Of a DNA stretch of 64,000 nt, positions 12,601-24,671 are shown one piece after another. The position numbers and the translations under genes are program-made. Under the pieces are notes generated by a model. That model was not told where the DNA came from. It ran no database searches and was given only the letters and a program-made list of their open reading frames with translations. Location: positions 19,096,001-19,160,000 of the forward strand of contig OZ116698.1 in the NCBI GenBank assembly GCA_964199315.1, read 5' to 3'. How positions within the stretch are numbered: the first letter of the stretch is position 1; each line of letters starts with the position of its first letter. Source of the DNA: Orbicella franksi. Lineage: Eukaryota.

Positions 12601-15275
12601 TTCCCTTGCCAGCCCTCCCTTGTCGCAGATTGGATACAAACAGGACAAAAGAGTACGAGAATGGAAGAATAGAGCACTTTCACTTACGTGTCAAGCAGCC
12701 ATGCAAATTTGTGGCAACAAAAGAAAATTTTTACATGAGAAAAGAGTTTTGGAACACCAATATGGCTGCCGTGACGTCATGTGAAAATACTCTATATGAT
12801 CCCTCGTTTTCTATTTGCAACGCATACCCCTTTCGTGGATCTACAGCTATTTCCCGTGGGCGGCGGATTCCTGAAGTGATCAGAGTTCGTCTGTTTTTGC
12901 CATCCAGTTGTGCCACCTCAATACGTTCATTGGTGTAGTCAGTCCAGTAAATGAGGTCACTCTCCCACTCCACTGCTAATCCGTCAATCTCGCCAAGATT
13001 GCTATCTGTTAAAATGTCGTCTACCTTTCCACTAGTAACATTCAATCTCTTTATGGCGTTTGGCCGAGTCTCGGTCCAGAACACCAAGTTGAGTTTCACG
13101 TGAACGTCGACAGCCTCAACGGAGTTGAGATTGCTTAAGACTGTGTGCACTTTGGAGGAGTTGATTTCAATCGCTTTTAGTGTATTGCCGTTACCATAAT
13201 ACAGACAAGGTAACGATTGACACGAACTTGATGATACGCCTGGCAGGAACGAAAAAATGATATGTTAATTCCCTTTGTTATTTCCACTAACAAAACACAA
13301 TAATTAACAATTATTCCACGAGCGCGCGTTGGATATTTGCTCATACACCATAATGACTGAGCCAATGAAAAGTCCTGAACTGCATTATCCAATGGTCCAG
13401 TTTTTTTTTTTTTTAATAATTTCTGTTCCATTCTATTATAAACGGTTTGTAATCCTCCCCTCGCCTATCTGGTTAAAAATGTACAGGTGTACCCCGCTAG
13501 CCATCTCAAACTCTTAAAGGAAACAAAAATAGTTCGAGATGTCGGGGGTTCGAGATAGCCGATAGCAAGAGACCAAAAAAGTAATTCCAAGAGAAACTGA
13601 CTTAAGTTCGAGACTGAGTGGAAAGTTCGATACAACCGAGTTCGAGATGCTCTAATGTTACTGACTATTTTAAGGCGGTTTTTTTTTTAAGAACAAGGAA
13701 GTCTTCTCGCTGGGAGACTAAATTCTCTTCAGTGACATCACAAGAAATGTTTAAACATCAGTAAGGAGAAATGATCATCATCTACCGTGCGCAGCTGTGC
13801 TCTCTGCCTCCTTAAACTTTTCACTTCCAGAGTCAAACGTCAAGTCATTTTGACGTTCTTAATTTAATCTTATATTTCTTTGAATGATGAAGACCCATTG
13901 TGAGATTATTCAAATGAAAGCTAACGAACACTGCTATTATGTGCACTGCTTGTTTTTCATATTTCAAGATATATTTCAATAATTCGTTTTGAAATTGGCC
14001 GTCTTGGAGCCTGGTACTCATGAGAGGCAAAAAAACATTAAATTCACTGTGTTTCTTGGAAAATTAATTAATTTTAATTTTATAATTTTCTTTTTGATTG
14101 TCCCCAATTAGTAGAGGGTCTTAACCCTCGGCTATATATTCTGAACCTTTAAAAAAGTCGTTGATTGACTGAATTGTGATGTTTGAGTAATCCGTCAAAC
14201 TACGCTCTGCCAATGACAGTCGCAGCTATCAATATAAGGGTTCGTTTCTTCAAGAAAATCCAAGATTGTTTTCTTGAATCCGAAAAGGAATTTTGCGTTT
14301 CTTTTCTAAACAGATTAATTCAAGATCTCTCGGATCATGGTGTATCAAAGGAACTGAAGAATCCACTCTGGGCAAGGATTCTTTGGTTCCTTTGATGCAC
14401 CATGATCCAAGTAATCTAGGATTGATCTGTCTAGTAAAGAAACGCAAAATCCGTTTTCGGATTTAAGAATTAACACAATCTTGGATTTTCTTAAAGAGAC
14501 ACACGCTAAGTTTCTAAGGCCGGAATCTCCATACCACTCTGGTCATTACAGCGGTTGCTTAGTGACATGAACGGTGGCAGTCTGGTTTGTTCGTGCCGGC
14601 ACGTATTAGCTAAATTCTTTCCCTGTTTAACTGAAAGTTATCCAGTGGTGCAGATTAAATGGCCCTTTGTGATCGTTATGCAGAAAGTATTTTTCATTTA
14701 CATTCGCGTTTTTTTACACAAGTAAAGAATAAAAAATAAGAACGCCGTAATTTCAAACAACGATGTTTCGTCTTTGAACTAACCATATATCATGTATGTA
14801 TTAAATAATTTACTCGCAAACTTCCGCGAAACGTGACACCGACAGAATTGGTGCCGTATATCTGTTGTAAAGCCGAACAAAACTAGCTTTATACAATACT
14901 GGACTGCAAATGTGCAAAAATTTGTCATATGTGGTGAAATTTTAAGCTAAATAACTAGGAAAAATGTCTTCTGAAAAAATGACGAGATATTTACTTTGAA
15001 AATTCTAGTCTGAGATTATGCAAAATGTTAACGTTTGGTATACTTCAGTGAGGGATGATAATGACCCCCGTTTGATCTGTAATGGGTATAGGAAAGATGA
15101 TTTAGGTAAGCTAAGGACAAGGTGTTCGTGTAGTGCACCGCCACCTTAACTTACTGTCGGTTTTCTGGTTAACTCCCTAGACAGAGATACTCAGCATACC
15201 TTCGTAAATGAGCAGCCATGTCATTACTATCAAAAATCCTCGAAGAACGGAGACCGGCGACGATTTTACAGCCAT
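601..15275 (-). CDS. LRP-like type I receptor, 2063 aa: signal peptide - 3x(YWTD beta-propeller + EGF) - Ser/Pro stalk - EGF - unassigned domain - TM - long cytoplasmic tail. complement(join(601..1912,2433..2882,3039..3124,3230..3273,3837..5333,5742..6160,7030..7435,7746..7862,8059..8483,10505..10913,11481..11606,11971..12383,12828..13239,15200..15275))
   Basis: All 13 introns are GT-AG with compatible phases; total 6192 nt = 2064 codons. Signal peptide [30 protein letters not shown]-type repeats IYWTD, LYWVD, VYWSD, LYWTD, IYWSE. EGFs [74 protein letters not shown]. Exon 1 was chosen for signal peptide plus phase-1 donor and is slightly less certain. Confidence 0.92.
4215..5180 (-). repeat. 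Coding low-complexity repeat, mostly (TCACCT)n/(TCTCCT)n = (Ser-Pro)n, ~320 aa, with poly-Ser and poly-Pro runs
   Basis: Plus strand reads (gaaggt)n/(gaagga)n/(gacggt)n. It lies inside the in-frame 1497-nt exon 3837..5333, between two EGF domains. Confidence 0.95.
9552..9659. repeat. ~108-bp imperfect palindrome (hairpin-type interspersed repeat)
   Basis: AAACAATTAGATTAT...GATTTCTATGCGTGATAGTTGAC..GGGC pairs with GCCC..GTCAACTATCACGCAATAGAAATC...ATAATCTATTTGTTT around an AGC loop. Confidence 0.85.
9864..10055 (+). mobile_element. Truncated second copy of the tRNA-bearing family, again with an inverted 5' segment and a 14-bp TSD
   Basis: TATTCAATATTCAG (9850..9863) vs TATTCAAGATTCAG (10056..10069), 13/14. 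ACTTAAGCAGTTGTGAAAT is inverted against ATTTCACAACTGCTTAAGT. Keeps the tRNA 3' end CCCGTTCAGGCC. Confidence 0.75.
10110..10465. mobile_element. MITE with TGAGGCC/GGCCTCA termini and CCCGTTAATTTTT subterminal repeats, probably with a nested repeat at ~10185..10315
   Basis: Terminal 7-bp inverted repeat; repeated CCCGT..ATT motif. Confidence 0.5.
12669..12795. mobile_element. Short MITE (ATAGAGCAC...TTTCAC / GTGAAAATACTCTAT); related fragment at ~58465..58575
   Basis: Imperfect terminal inverted repeat and the shared internal CCAATATGGC.GCCGTGACGTCATGTG motif. Confidence 0.6.
14238..14506. mobile_element. Almost fully palindromic MITE with TAA TSD (PIF/Harbinger-like)
   Basis: Arms such as GGATCATGGTGTATCAAAGGAAC / GTTCCTTTGATGCACCATGATCC and AAAATCCAAGATTGT / ACAATCTTGGATTTT; TAA on both sides. 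Confidence 0.8.
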
Positions 15276-16271
15276 TTTGAGGTGACAATCAGTGCACTGA
15301 CCACATCAAAGGTAGAAGATGCTATAAAATAAAAGAGAACTTACTTTCAAAAAAATATAATTTGAGTTGCATGTACACAAAAACACAAAGAGAGACACTA
15401 AAAGTTTACAGCAGAAGACAGTACCAACATAACCCACGGTATTGTAAACAGTGCTGCTGTTAAACTTTGCAGGTAAGAGAAGAGCAATAAACTGTACAGT
15501 AAGTTTAACTTTGACCTGTACCCGAGGCTATCATGATTTAGCAACTTTAAAACCGCCGTCTAAACTCGAATCAGTCGTTCTAGTCATCCTAACACAACGG
15601 TCTGGAACTAACTTCCGGAAAAATACATTTATGCAGGAAGGCTTCCCCACACTGACAGAACATATATTACACACATCACAAAATTACCTTGGCCGTCTTA
15701 CTGTCTGAATCTTGCTCGGAAATAAATCTTAAGAGATAGACGGGACGACTCAACGAGAGAATGTTTTTAAAAGGATCTTGCGTTTCGCAGGTTGATATCG
15801 CAGCTAAGGCAATCTGAGCTATACAGTTAGCAAAGGCAGCGAGATCTGTTTCCACGGTCTTTGCGGGTTTATGATTGGTATTGCAACATAAGGAAATATA
15901 AGTTTCATCGTTTATGTTTGGCTAAAAAGAGTGAAAAAAGAACTGCAGCCGAGGTGACCTGGTTTTAGCTGAGGTCAAGGAAGTAGCGCAAAGGGAAGTG
16001 ACTGTCAAAACAGTGACAACTCTTGACTTATTGAAATAACCAATTAATATTCTTTGCACGTATCGCGGGAAAAACAGCCAGCTATAATCGCTCTACGAGA
16101 AACAAAAGCTAACATGGGGAGCGCGCCTTGATTTCGCCATTCGAAGACATTGCATCATATTTTAATCTTCCTCACGCGCGGCGCTCTCGATCTATCTGAC
16201 GACAACAAGAATATGTCAAGATCAAATGACCCAATAAATTCGGCCATACAGTTGAACCAAGACAATCTCCT

Positions 16272-16543
16272 GGTTGAACCATAGTTAATAGAGGGGAATG
16301 GTGACAAGACTCGACCAAGTTCTTTGTTGTGTGTTTTTGTCCTCGTTTTTGGCCTTGAGTTGTTTACTACTGACCGAGGAACTAACCAGTAGAAACGTTT
16401 GGGTTACGTAACTCATGAACGCCAAACAAAAGATTGTGCACGGTCGTGGACCTTCCAACATAAGCCTTGGCATCTTTCTTTGCTCCCTTGATGTTTGCCG
16501 GCTTCATAACCATTCCCCTGGCTCTATTAACTATGGGTGAACC
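16272..16543. mobile_element. MITE with ~30-bp imperfect [35 protein letters not shown]
   Basis: The right end ACCATTCCCCTGGCTCTATTAACTATGGGTGAACC is the near reverse complement; TSD not resolved. Confidence 0.7.
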
Positions 16544-18903
16544 TCGCTAGTATCTTGAGCATCTTGGATATGCTTTTTCAGTCACTTACTAGTAGCTTTC
16601 CTGAGCACCGAGCACCCGACGTTTCAAACTTTTTTTTCGTTTCCCTTGTGAGGTCGAGATAACGGGGGTTCAATTGTAGGTACCTTTTTCTCCAACAAAT
16701 TCGATACTTATGGTATCGATCGAGTTCCTACATTCCAATTCTCTACACCCTGTGTCTTTCGCTTGCCTCTATAGATTTTTTGGTCGTTTAAATAAAAGCG
16801 GAGTCACGATGTCACCAACGTGTATCGAATACTATTACGGCTGATCAAATGTTGAACTGTGTACACTGTCAGAGCCTAGATCTGACAAGCCCGCGCACAT
16901 GACAGAAAGAGAAGAGATACGAAGAGCGTCTTCATGTCTCCGTTGTATCCATACTTCTAAGATCTTTAGGAAGCTTATGAAGTTTAATTCGCTCGGCGAG
17001 AACACTAGGAAAGATACCAAAGCAGATACCTAATTTTTCATAGACAATGGTAATATACAGCATTACATCGAGGGGTATTCAATAGCCGTTGCTCGGAGAC
17101 GCGGAACATTTGGCAATTTTCGCTCGCCCATACGCGGAAAACTGAACGAGACAATTAAAATTCAAAAAAGGAAAAAATAACTTACTTGCGTCTCTGTTTT
17201 CAATTGCTAGCCAAAACTTATCACGTACTGAGCGGCTTCGAGCTGTGTCCGCTATTTCCTTGACCCCGTCACTGAGTAAATCCCAGCGGAAATAAGGCGA
17301 CTCGTGTTTATTATCGACTTTTGCAGATCAGGTTTTGCAATGTTTGACATTTGAGTATCGACTTTCTGTCTTTGAATTGTTCATAAGCGTCGTGACCTCT
17401 TTGCTAAATCTCTCTTTTTTCCCCGTTAATCGAGCTTCCAGAATTCCTGAACTCAAATGTGGCATGTAGAGCCTATTGGCTCTTATTAATTTCATCCAAC
17501 TCAGCAAAATCTTTTACGGTGCTATTAATTTCTTAGGATACATTTTCTATAAAAATGGTTTGCAGCAGCTAGTGCCGTGGCTGATTCAAGCCAGGAGTTT
17601 GCACGTTGTTGTGCATATTTAGATAAACGAATGCGTCTAGCATCAATAAAAGACTTCAGATAGAACGAAATATAAATTCGCACAACCAAGCATACTTTAA
17701 GATGCAGTGTTGTTCGCCGGTTTCCGTAGTTACAGTTCTCAAGTCAAGATGCTTTTGTCTGAATGCAAATCCCAGCCATTATTTACATTCTGACGTCAAA
17801 AGAAACAATATAAACCATATAAATTACGCATGAAAGCGTGACAGAAACACGGGCTATAGTGTTATTCGAAGGTGTCGACAAAGATTTCCTTTCGGAAGCT
17901 ATAAAAGGCTCGTGATTGCGAATCTGGGGGTCCTTCAGAAGAGACTAGGTCAGCAACTGCTGAAGCTAAGGTAAACTGGCAAACAGAAGGGAACGCTGCA
18001 TTCGCATTCGCTGATATTCTTTGCAGTTAAAATGTGTGATTTATTTGTCAGACGTCAAATGGAAAGTGACTTCATGTATCACATGGTTTAGAGATCAAAA
18101 TGCGGACCAGTAGTATTTATCCACGGTGATTTTTGAAAATACGCTTTGACCAAAGTTAATAGATGCTTTGACTCTTCACAAATCAAGGGCTACCAGTTTG
18201 GCAATTCGGCCATTTGGTACTCGGGATCGATTTTTGTCCATCAGAAAATATTCAAATCGTTGTTGATACTATTACTGTGTTACTTGCCGACAACCTGGCA
18301 AATATAGCGTTATAAAAGACACTTGGAAAGTGTTTACTCTTCTCCACGCGCAAAATGTATTGTTCCCAGTCGCCAACTACAATTCAGCAGCGGATGATAG
18401 GGCGGCAGAGTTTATCAACTTTTCATGATTGTTGAGGTCAAGCGACAGTAATCTCACTTTCTTCATTTGCAATTATAATCTTGATAATGGTGAAGCTTGT
18501 AAAACACACCGCTGGACCCTTTTGTCCATTTCATGCGTTTTTCTGATAGTTGTTTCGAGTACAAAAGACGGCTACCTTACAATACACAAACTTAACTCGG
18601 AACTGAAATCGAAACTGAAATGATATCGTTTATTTTTATTATACCGAAAAAAACGACAAAAAAAAAGCGACAACACTGGCATCAACGATGCATGTGTACG
18701 GTCTGTCCATAGCTCGATATTACTCCTCCTCTATTCCTCCATTTACATGGTTTCACCGTATAAAAATGTTCCCTCCTATAGAGAACATCCAAACATTTCT
18801 CTTAAGAGGTCAATTTTCGTTCCGTTTTTTGATTCCATTTGACAGCGTCTTTTTCTTTTTCTTTCTTTTTTTTTTTTTTTTCTATAAAGGCATCCACGCC
18901 CTG

Positions 18904-20408
18904 ATGATTAGCCTCACTGCTTGGGCACGTTTGTTGTTTTACGCTGTCTTGCTGACTGCCTGCTTATATTTGACAAGTGATGGTAATAAACTGAATCGAT
19001 CATTGTGATGACTAATTACATACATTCATGGAGGGTGTCCCAATGGACTGTCCAACATTTTAGACTGCATTATATTCGTATTTAAGTGTAGATATCTTAT
19101 TCTTCTCAGTTAGTCCGTGTCCCCTTATTAGTATGGGTTTCTCCCAGGCTACATGGTTGGNNNNNNNNNNNNNNNNNNNNNNNNNNNNNNNNNNNNNNNN
19201 NNNNNNNNNNNNNNNNNNNNNNNNNNNNNNNNNNNNNNNNNNNNNNNNNNNNNNNNNNNNNNNNNNNNNNNNNNNNNNNNNNNNNNNNNNNNNNNNNNNN
19301 NNNNNNNNNNNNNNNNNNNNNNNNNNNNNNNNNNNNNNNNNNNNNNNNNNNNNNNNNNNNNNNNNNNNNNNNNNNNNNNNNNNNNNNNNNNNNNNNNNNN
19401 NNNNNNNNNNNNNNNNNNNNNNNNNNNNNNNNNNNNNNNNNNNNNNNNNNNNNNNNNNNNNNNNNNNNNNNNNNNNNNNNNNNNNNNNNNNNNNNNNNNN
19501 NNNNNNNNNNAACTGGGCACTTTGATCGACATTGTCCAGTAGCTACGTTAGCAATTTCAGGCAAACAAGTCAAACAAGCTTAGTGATCAGTGTGACTCTT
19601 TTTTTCGCATTCAGCGAATTGCATGGTTCACTAGGATGGCTCTTTTCTTGTGACCAATTCAAGAATAATCTAACAGTCACTAGAGCTCAGGGAAAGCGGT
19701 TATACGGTATGGAGTCACATCCAAACATGAACGCAATGAAGACTGTTCTACAAGCACGAACAAGTCAACTCAGCCAAATTTCTAGTTCAGAATCAACGCA
19801 CATGTTTTTATCAACTACTTAATGGTACCAGTCAATTTCTGTTCGGTGGGCAAATCTCCATGAGCGGGCACGCACATTCCTTTTATCGAGCTGATCTGTC
19901 TGTCTACTGGCATAAAGACCATTTACGGGAGCGGTCGAACTTGGATCGTTTCATGACGGGCTATACTAAATGGTCAAAGAATAAAGGGTTGTGGAAAATG
20001 TCAATTTGTTTCGTTTCAGGTGCTGCGACTTGCTATTACTGCAACTCAAGAGATGACAGCTTTTGCATTCCAGAATCACTAGATGGAGTCGGCACAAGAA
20101 GTTGCGAAAGCGGCGAGACTGTCTGCGCGGTTGCCAAGACGGAACCACCGTCACCTGATGGTAATACATCTAATCATCAATACGTCCGATACTGCGCCTC
20201 GGAGTGCTTGAAATTCAACACCACATTTACGACAAAAGGCCCAGATGGTATCACGAAACACTGCGTCCTCTGCTGTTCCGACCAGGACCTTTGTAACAAC
20301 TACACCATGGACCCGTGTAATCCATCCATGGCGGGACGCCTGGGACACGAGACTTTTACCATTGCACTTCTTGGTGTTCTTGCTGTAGTTTCACGCTACG
20401 TCTTGTAA
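18904..20408 (+). CDS. GPI-anchored Ly6/uPAR (three-finger) protein 1, 155 aa. join(18904..18982,20020..20408)
   Basis: Signal exon MISLTAWARLLFYAVLLTACLYLTSD-G has a phase-1 donor matching the acceptor at 20019. Domain CYYC...C...C...C...C...C...C-x2-CC-x5-CN, then a hydrophobic C-terminus FTIALLGVLAVVSRYVL. The intron spans the N gap, so a hidden exon cannot be excluded. Confidence 0.88.
19161..19510. other. Assembly gap (350 N) in the intron of Ly6/uPAR gene 1
   Basis: Run of N. Confidence 1.
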
Positions 20409-22505
20409 ATCAAAAGTTGGTATTGAATACTACATGGCATTAGCACGGTATTACGTGTGGACTGTTTTGTGTATGCGGTCTAATCACAGTCGCGGTATCA
20501 TAGCAATCACTGACACAGCATAAGTTAAATCCATCTTCAAAATGCATTACATGGACCGTTAATATGACTGCATCAACTCACTCCCGGTTGAGTCATTACA
20601 CTGTCACGGGTGGGAAATGAGTCACAAACTGTAAGAAGAAAAGAACCCATTGCACTGAACTTAAAGACGCAAAGTAAAGTAAGAAGTTAAGCCGAGAAAA
20701 CCACGAGTGTCAGGTATCGCTATGTTGCTGCCTACCAATGGTGCAACCCCTTTGTTTCACACTCAATGCCCTCATTTTCGCTAAACTGTTCGTTTAGACG
20801 TAATCAAACCATGTTGTCATAATGATCTGCAAAGTACTCTCATCTATTTTTCTATGCTAGCTATATATATTATATTACAGCGATTATAATAAAGACATCG
20901 TTAATCTGATACGCTAGCTGGGAGATTACTCTTTCGAGAAGTTAATTCTGGATGCATAACAGCTCTGTTATTTTTGTTGTTGCCGTTGCTGGAGGGAGGG
21001 GAGGGGTGGACATACAAGATATGACTAACTATCTCCTACTAGTCTCCTTCACTGGAGAATCTTATTGTGCATTCAGTTTGTGCAACGCGGTCGTGGCCGT
21101 GCAGCGGCCAGACGAAAATTCTTACCGAGGCAACGTTAAAAAGCCCCGGGCTTTTCTTCACGTTTATTTATTAGCTATGCATAACCTCAGGAATCTGAAA
21201 AAGATGATTGAATTTTGTTAACTAGACAAATGCGTCGGTAATTCCCCGCACAAGTTATACTATAACAGCAAAAGTCAGTCTGACCACATCAAGGTGCAAG
21301 CCTGTTGGTCCAGCTCAATTATCATTCAACCAGCGTAAATCATGACGTCACAGATTGCTCAGTCTCTAAATAACCCAGCGACCACTCAATGGTAGCGCCA
21401 GCATCATAATATGGCTCCTTAGCTCTAGGGCGTTCTGTTCAGCTTTGCTGTCTGACTTGAAACCGCAAGAAAAGTTTAACCCACAACGACATTTCAATGA
21501 GCATCAGTGAGTATTTAATAGTCGCAAGCGAGTTTAGCGCCGCACTGTAATTAATAATGCCACGGTGTAAGGACAGGTGCTTTCTCAAGAAAATCATGTT
21601 TCAGTTTACGTTTCGAGCTTACTCAATCTGTCCAAAAAGCAAGAACAAAACAAGAACAAAAGATATAACTTTTGCTTTCCCTTGTTTTTTTTTTTTTTTT
21701 ACTACATATTATTATTAATCAGTTTTTTACCCCCCGCTTCTCGTCTTCTTCCCTTGTTTACTGTTGGCTATCATCTGGTGTGCTTTTAGCCACCATTTGC
21801 ATATTCAAATTCAGAACCGAAATTCTGTTTACTGTCATGCAGCTGATTTTGTTGCGAAATATTAACTCAGTTTCATTTTTAAGATGAGGATAAATTTTAC
21901 CAGTCAGTGTCTGCGGGATCAGGACGATTCACTGTGGATACATGGCCATTTCTTTTCAGAGTTTTGTTAAATACATAAGTGTTTACAATATGCAGGGCAA
22001 ATGCATTTTACTTCATAAATTAACCCAGCGGTAGTTTCACAAGCTAGTACATGGTGAGCCATGGTTTTCTGTAAATTTTACAAGTGTTAAACATTTTTTA
22101 TTTTGCCCAAATGCGATTTTGAGTTTCTGAAAGTAAATTTATAATTCTACATGGCAAAATAGAATAAACTGAACCACCTATTGTTTCAGGGGTCTTATAT
22201 AAATAACAATTAGTTTATTTTTTTGCACTGTGTTATGGATGGCGGTGGGAATTTTCCGTTGCTTCTTCTTCTTTTTTGGATGGGGAGGAGAGGGAGAAAG
22301 GAGCGTACCCACGAGTTCAAAAGAATCTAGCTTGCCATTACAGCAGCGCTTAGATGATATTTAACGTATTCAATGATAACTCCTTCATTGTATTCATTAC
22401 TTCAGGTGCCGTAGAGAACGTACATGGGGTAACGCTGTGCAATGTCAGTTGCTCCTTGTAAGGCGAGAAGAAGACTATAGACACATCTTGGTTTTTTTTC
22501 TACAA

Positions 22506-23633
22506 ATGCTTTGCTCAAATTTTCCCGGCGTCTTATTGTTCATCATGCTGTTTGCGGATGTGCTTGTAATAGAAGGTAAATCTATTTTAGAACTCAGAAT
22601 GATCCGACGTACAAAATTATTTGGCATCGTGTACGAGTACGACTCTTCAATTCTAGTTTGCAGTCTCCACATTATCAAGTCACATACCCATCCCACCCAT
22701 TGAGCTGCCCTCTACCTAAAACCAACATGAAGGGCAGGGGCTTGGGAAATGTCACTGGTTCGAAATTCGAAAATCGTACTCGTACTCAATCTCATTCTCG
22801 TAGTTCAATCTAAAGCTCCCTAATTAATATCTGGGTCACGCTCCACCGCCCAATGACTCACTCCATGGCGGCAACATACGCGCAACAAATCTTGTATTTT
22901 AATTCTTGGGATGTCATCATTGTTCAATGTTCAAATTCAACTGAGAGTCACGGCGCGGTTCCAACGATCTCTTTCGAGAGAGCTGATCGGGTTGACTGGT
23001 TGTTGCATGTGTTCTTGAGGGAGGATACTGTATTGTTACAGTGCCTCCGTGAAAGGCTATCAAAGAACTGCCAGGGCAACCAACAAATACTTGGATTATC
23101 AGCAATCAGATGGAACAGCATGTCATTTGAGGCGGGCAAACAACAGAAACCTGAAATCTCATGCAAGCTCTTGTCCCATTAAGCCATCAGGCCTCTCTGA
23201 TCCTCTTAATAAGGATAAACAGTCGATAAAAGACTGAATGGACCACCAGTTAACCTTTCAAATTCACTCTCTCGTAGGCCTCATCAAGTGTCACTTTTGT
23301 GACACCAGGGAAGGGCCTTGTGGTACGGACACTTTGCAGGGAACAAGGCAACGAACGTGCTCCCGTTGGTTCAACCAGTGCTCGCTCTATAGGAGGGTCT
23401 TCCCTAATGGAACAACAGCACAAGTTGTGAGAGGCTGTGACAGGGATTGCAACAAACCCTCCATGAAGTGGACACTTGGCCGATACCAGAAAACTACTCA
23501 CTGCAAATTGTGTTGCGACAGCGACTTGTGCAACACACATCTGGATGATCCTTGCAGTAGATCGTCTACTTCGGTGGCTTCTACAATACTGTGGTTGTGC
23601 GTGTTGGTTACTTTAGGACTGTGTCAAAACTAG
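22506..23633 (+). CDS. GPI-anchored Ly6/uPAR (three-finger) protein 2, 141 aa. join(22506..22575,23278..23633)
   Basis: Signal exon MLCSNFPGVLLFIMLFADVLVIE-G (phase 1, GTAAAT donor) joins LIKCHFC...HCKLCCDSDLCN...DPC and a hydrophobic C-terminus STILWLCVLVTLGLCQN. Same Cys spacing and gene structure as paralog 1. Confidence 0.88.
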
Positions 23634-23688
23634 CGCACGAATGGAGGGTGATCTTTAGCGCTGCGCAGAGAGATACCGACCCTTTAAT

Positions 23689-24071
23689 CTCGGTGGGGCG
23701 ACTCCCATATGAAAAGGAAGAAGGATGCTCGTCGGAAAATTTGAATTAAACCCCTAAAGGACACAAATCCAGGCGTGACTCGAGCTATATTTGACCTCTA
23801 TAGGCTCGATTACCAGCCGCTGTTCAGGAAAGGAGCCCGCGCTAGTGGACCGGACTTGAGAGAATGGCAGAAAACGAGCCCAGAAACTGAAAGAAGAGCG
23901 TTTTAATTAATTAATAGTATTTCTTCGAGTGCACCCTAAAAGATACTTTGAGAGCTAAAAATAGCGGCGTTTCGTCATCAACACCCTAAGTGAGACCAGA
24001 ATACTTGATTTCTATCCCTAAGCGAGACGACAATCATCCTAGACCTTTTCATATGGGAGTTCCTGCCCGGG
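23689..24071. mobile_element. MITE with C/G-run termini (ACTCCCATATGAAAAGG / CCTTTTCATATGGGAGT)
   Basis: 17-bp perfect inner inverted repeat at ~23701 and ~24044; right end CCCGGG. Confidence 0.7.
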
Positions 24072-24504
24072 CCCTTACTTCCACGAAGGGCTATCCCTCG
24101 ACACATCAGCTTCCAAAGCCTCAGCGGTTAACTGTTTTAAATGAATTATCAAAAGGATGGAACATTTATCTTCTCTGCAGCCTATACTCGAGCTAGACTC
24201 GTGAAACTCTACACCCAGCAATCAAAGAGCAGCATGTCTATACCTGAAGTAGGAGTTTATTATCCGTTTTATCATACGGGTATTGGCACAATCTAGAAAA
24301 CACGCGGAATATTGTAATTTATTTTTATCTTATTCAAGTATCTGTTTCCAGTCAACAACCAGGTACTCTAATTTCATCCAATTCCGCGGCAAAAACTCTT
24401 TATTTCTATGTGAATCGTAAAAGGCATCATTAAAATGTATAACGTTGTTCCTTTCCCACAAACCGACCATTATCACAGACAAACGAAGGTATAAACGATT
24501 ATCA

Positions 24505-24671
24505 ACTGCGCGGCCTTAGGCCGAGCGTGGTTCATGTTTTGCCGAGGTGATGTTTTTTTTTTAACCGCGCGGCCATGGGCCGAGCGCGGTTCATGGTTTA
24601 CCCGTGGTTTTTTTAACCGCGCGGCCATGGGCCGAGCGCGGTTCATGGTTTACCCGTGGTTTTTTTTTTTT
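24505..24671. repeat. Three tandem ~52-bp GC-hairpin units (AACCGCGCGGCC-ATG-GGCCGAGCGCGGTT...poly-T) heading a non-coding interspersed element that extends to ~25590
   Basis: Copies 2 and 3 are identical apart from T-run length; copy 1 is diverged. Each has an 8-bp AACCGCGC/GCGCGGTT stem. Confidence 0.85.

Noticed and set aside
14810-14928. Alternative first exon for the LRP-like gene ([11 protein letters not shown]..., phase 1)
   Set aside because: No signal-peptide character; 15200..15275 gives a hydrophobic core, a good start context and a GTATGC donor.
601-15275. Calling the receptor LRP5/6 or LRP4
   Set aside because: Only three propellers, no LDLa repeats, no PPPSPxS in the tail; the PPPSP words occur in the extracellular stalk.
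19106-19573. ORFs spanning the N run
   Set aside because: Artefacts of untranslatable gap bases.
24505-24671. CRISPR-like array
   Set aside because: Units are directly adjacent with no unique spacers, there are no cas genes, and the context is eukaryotic.
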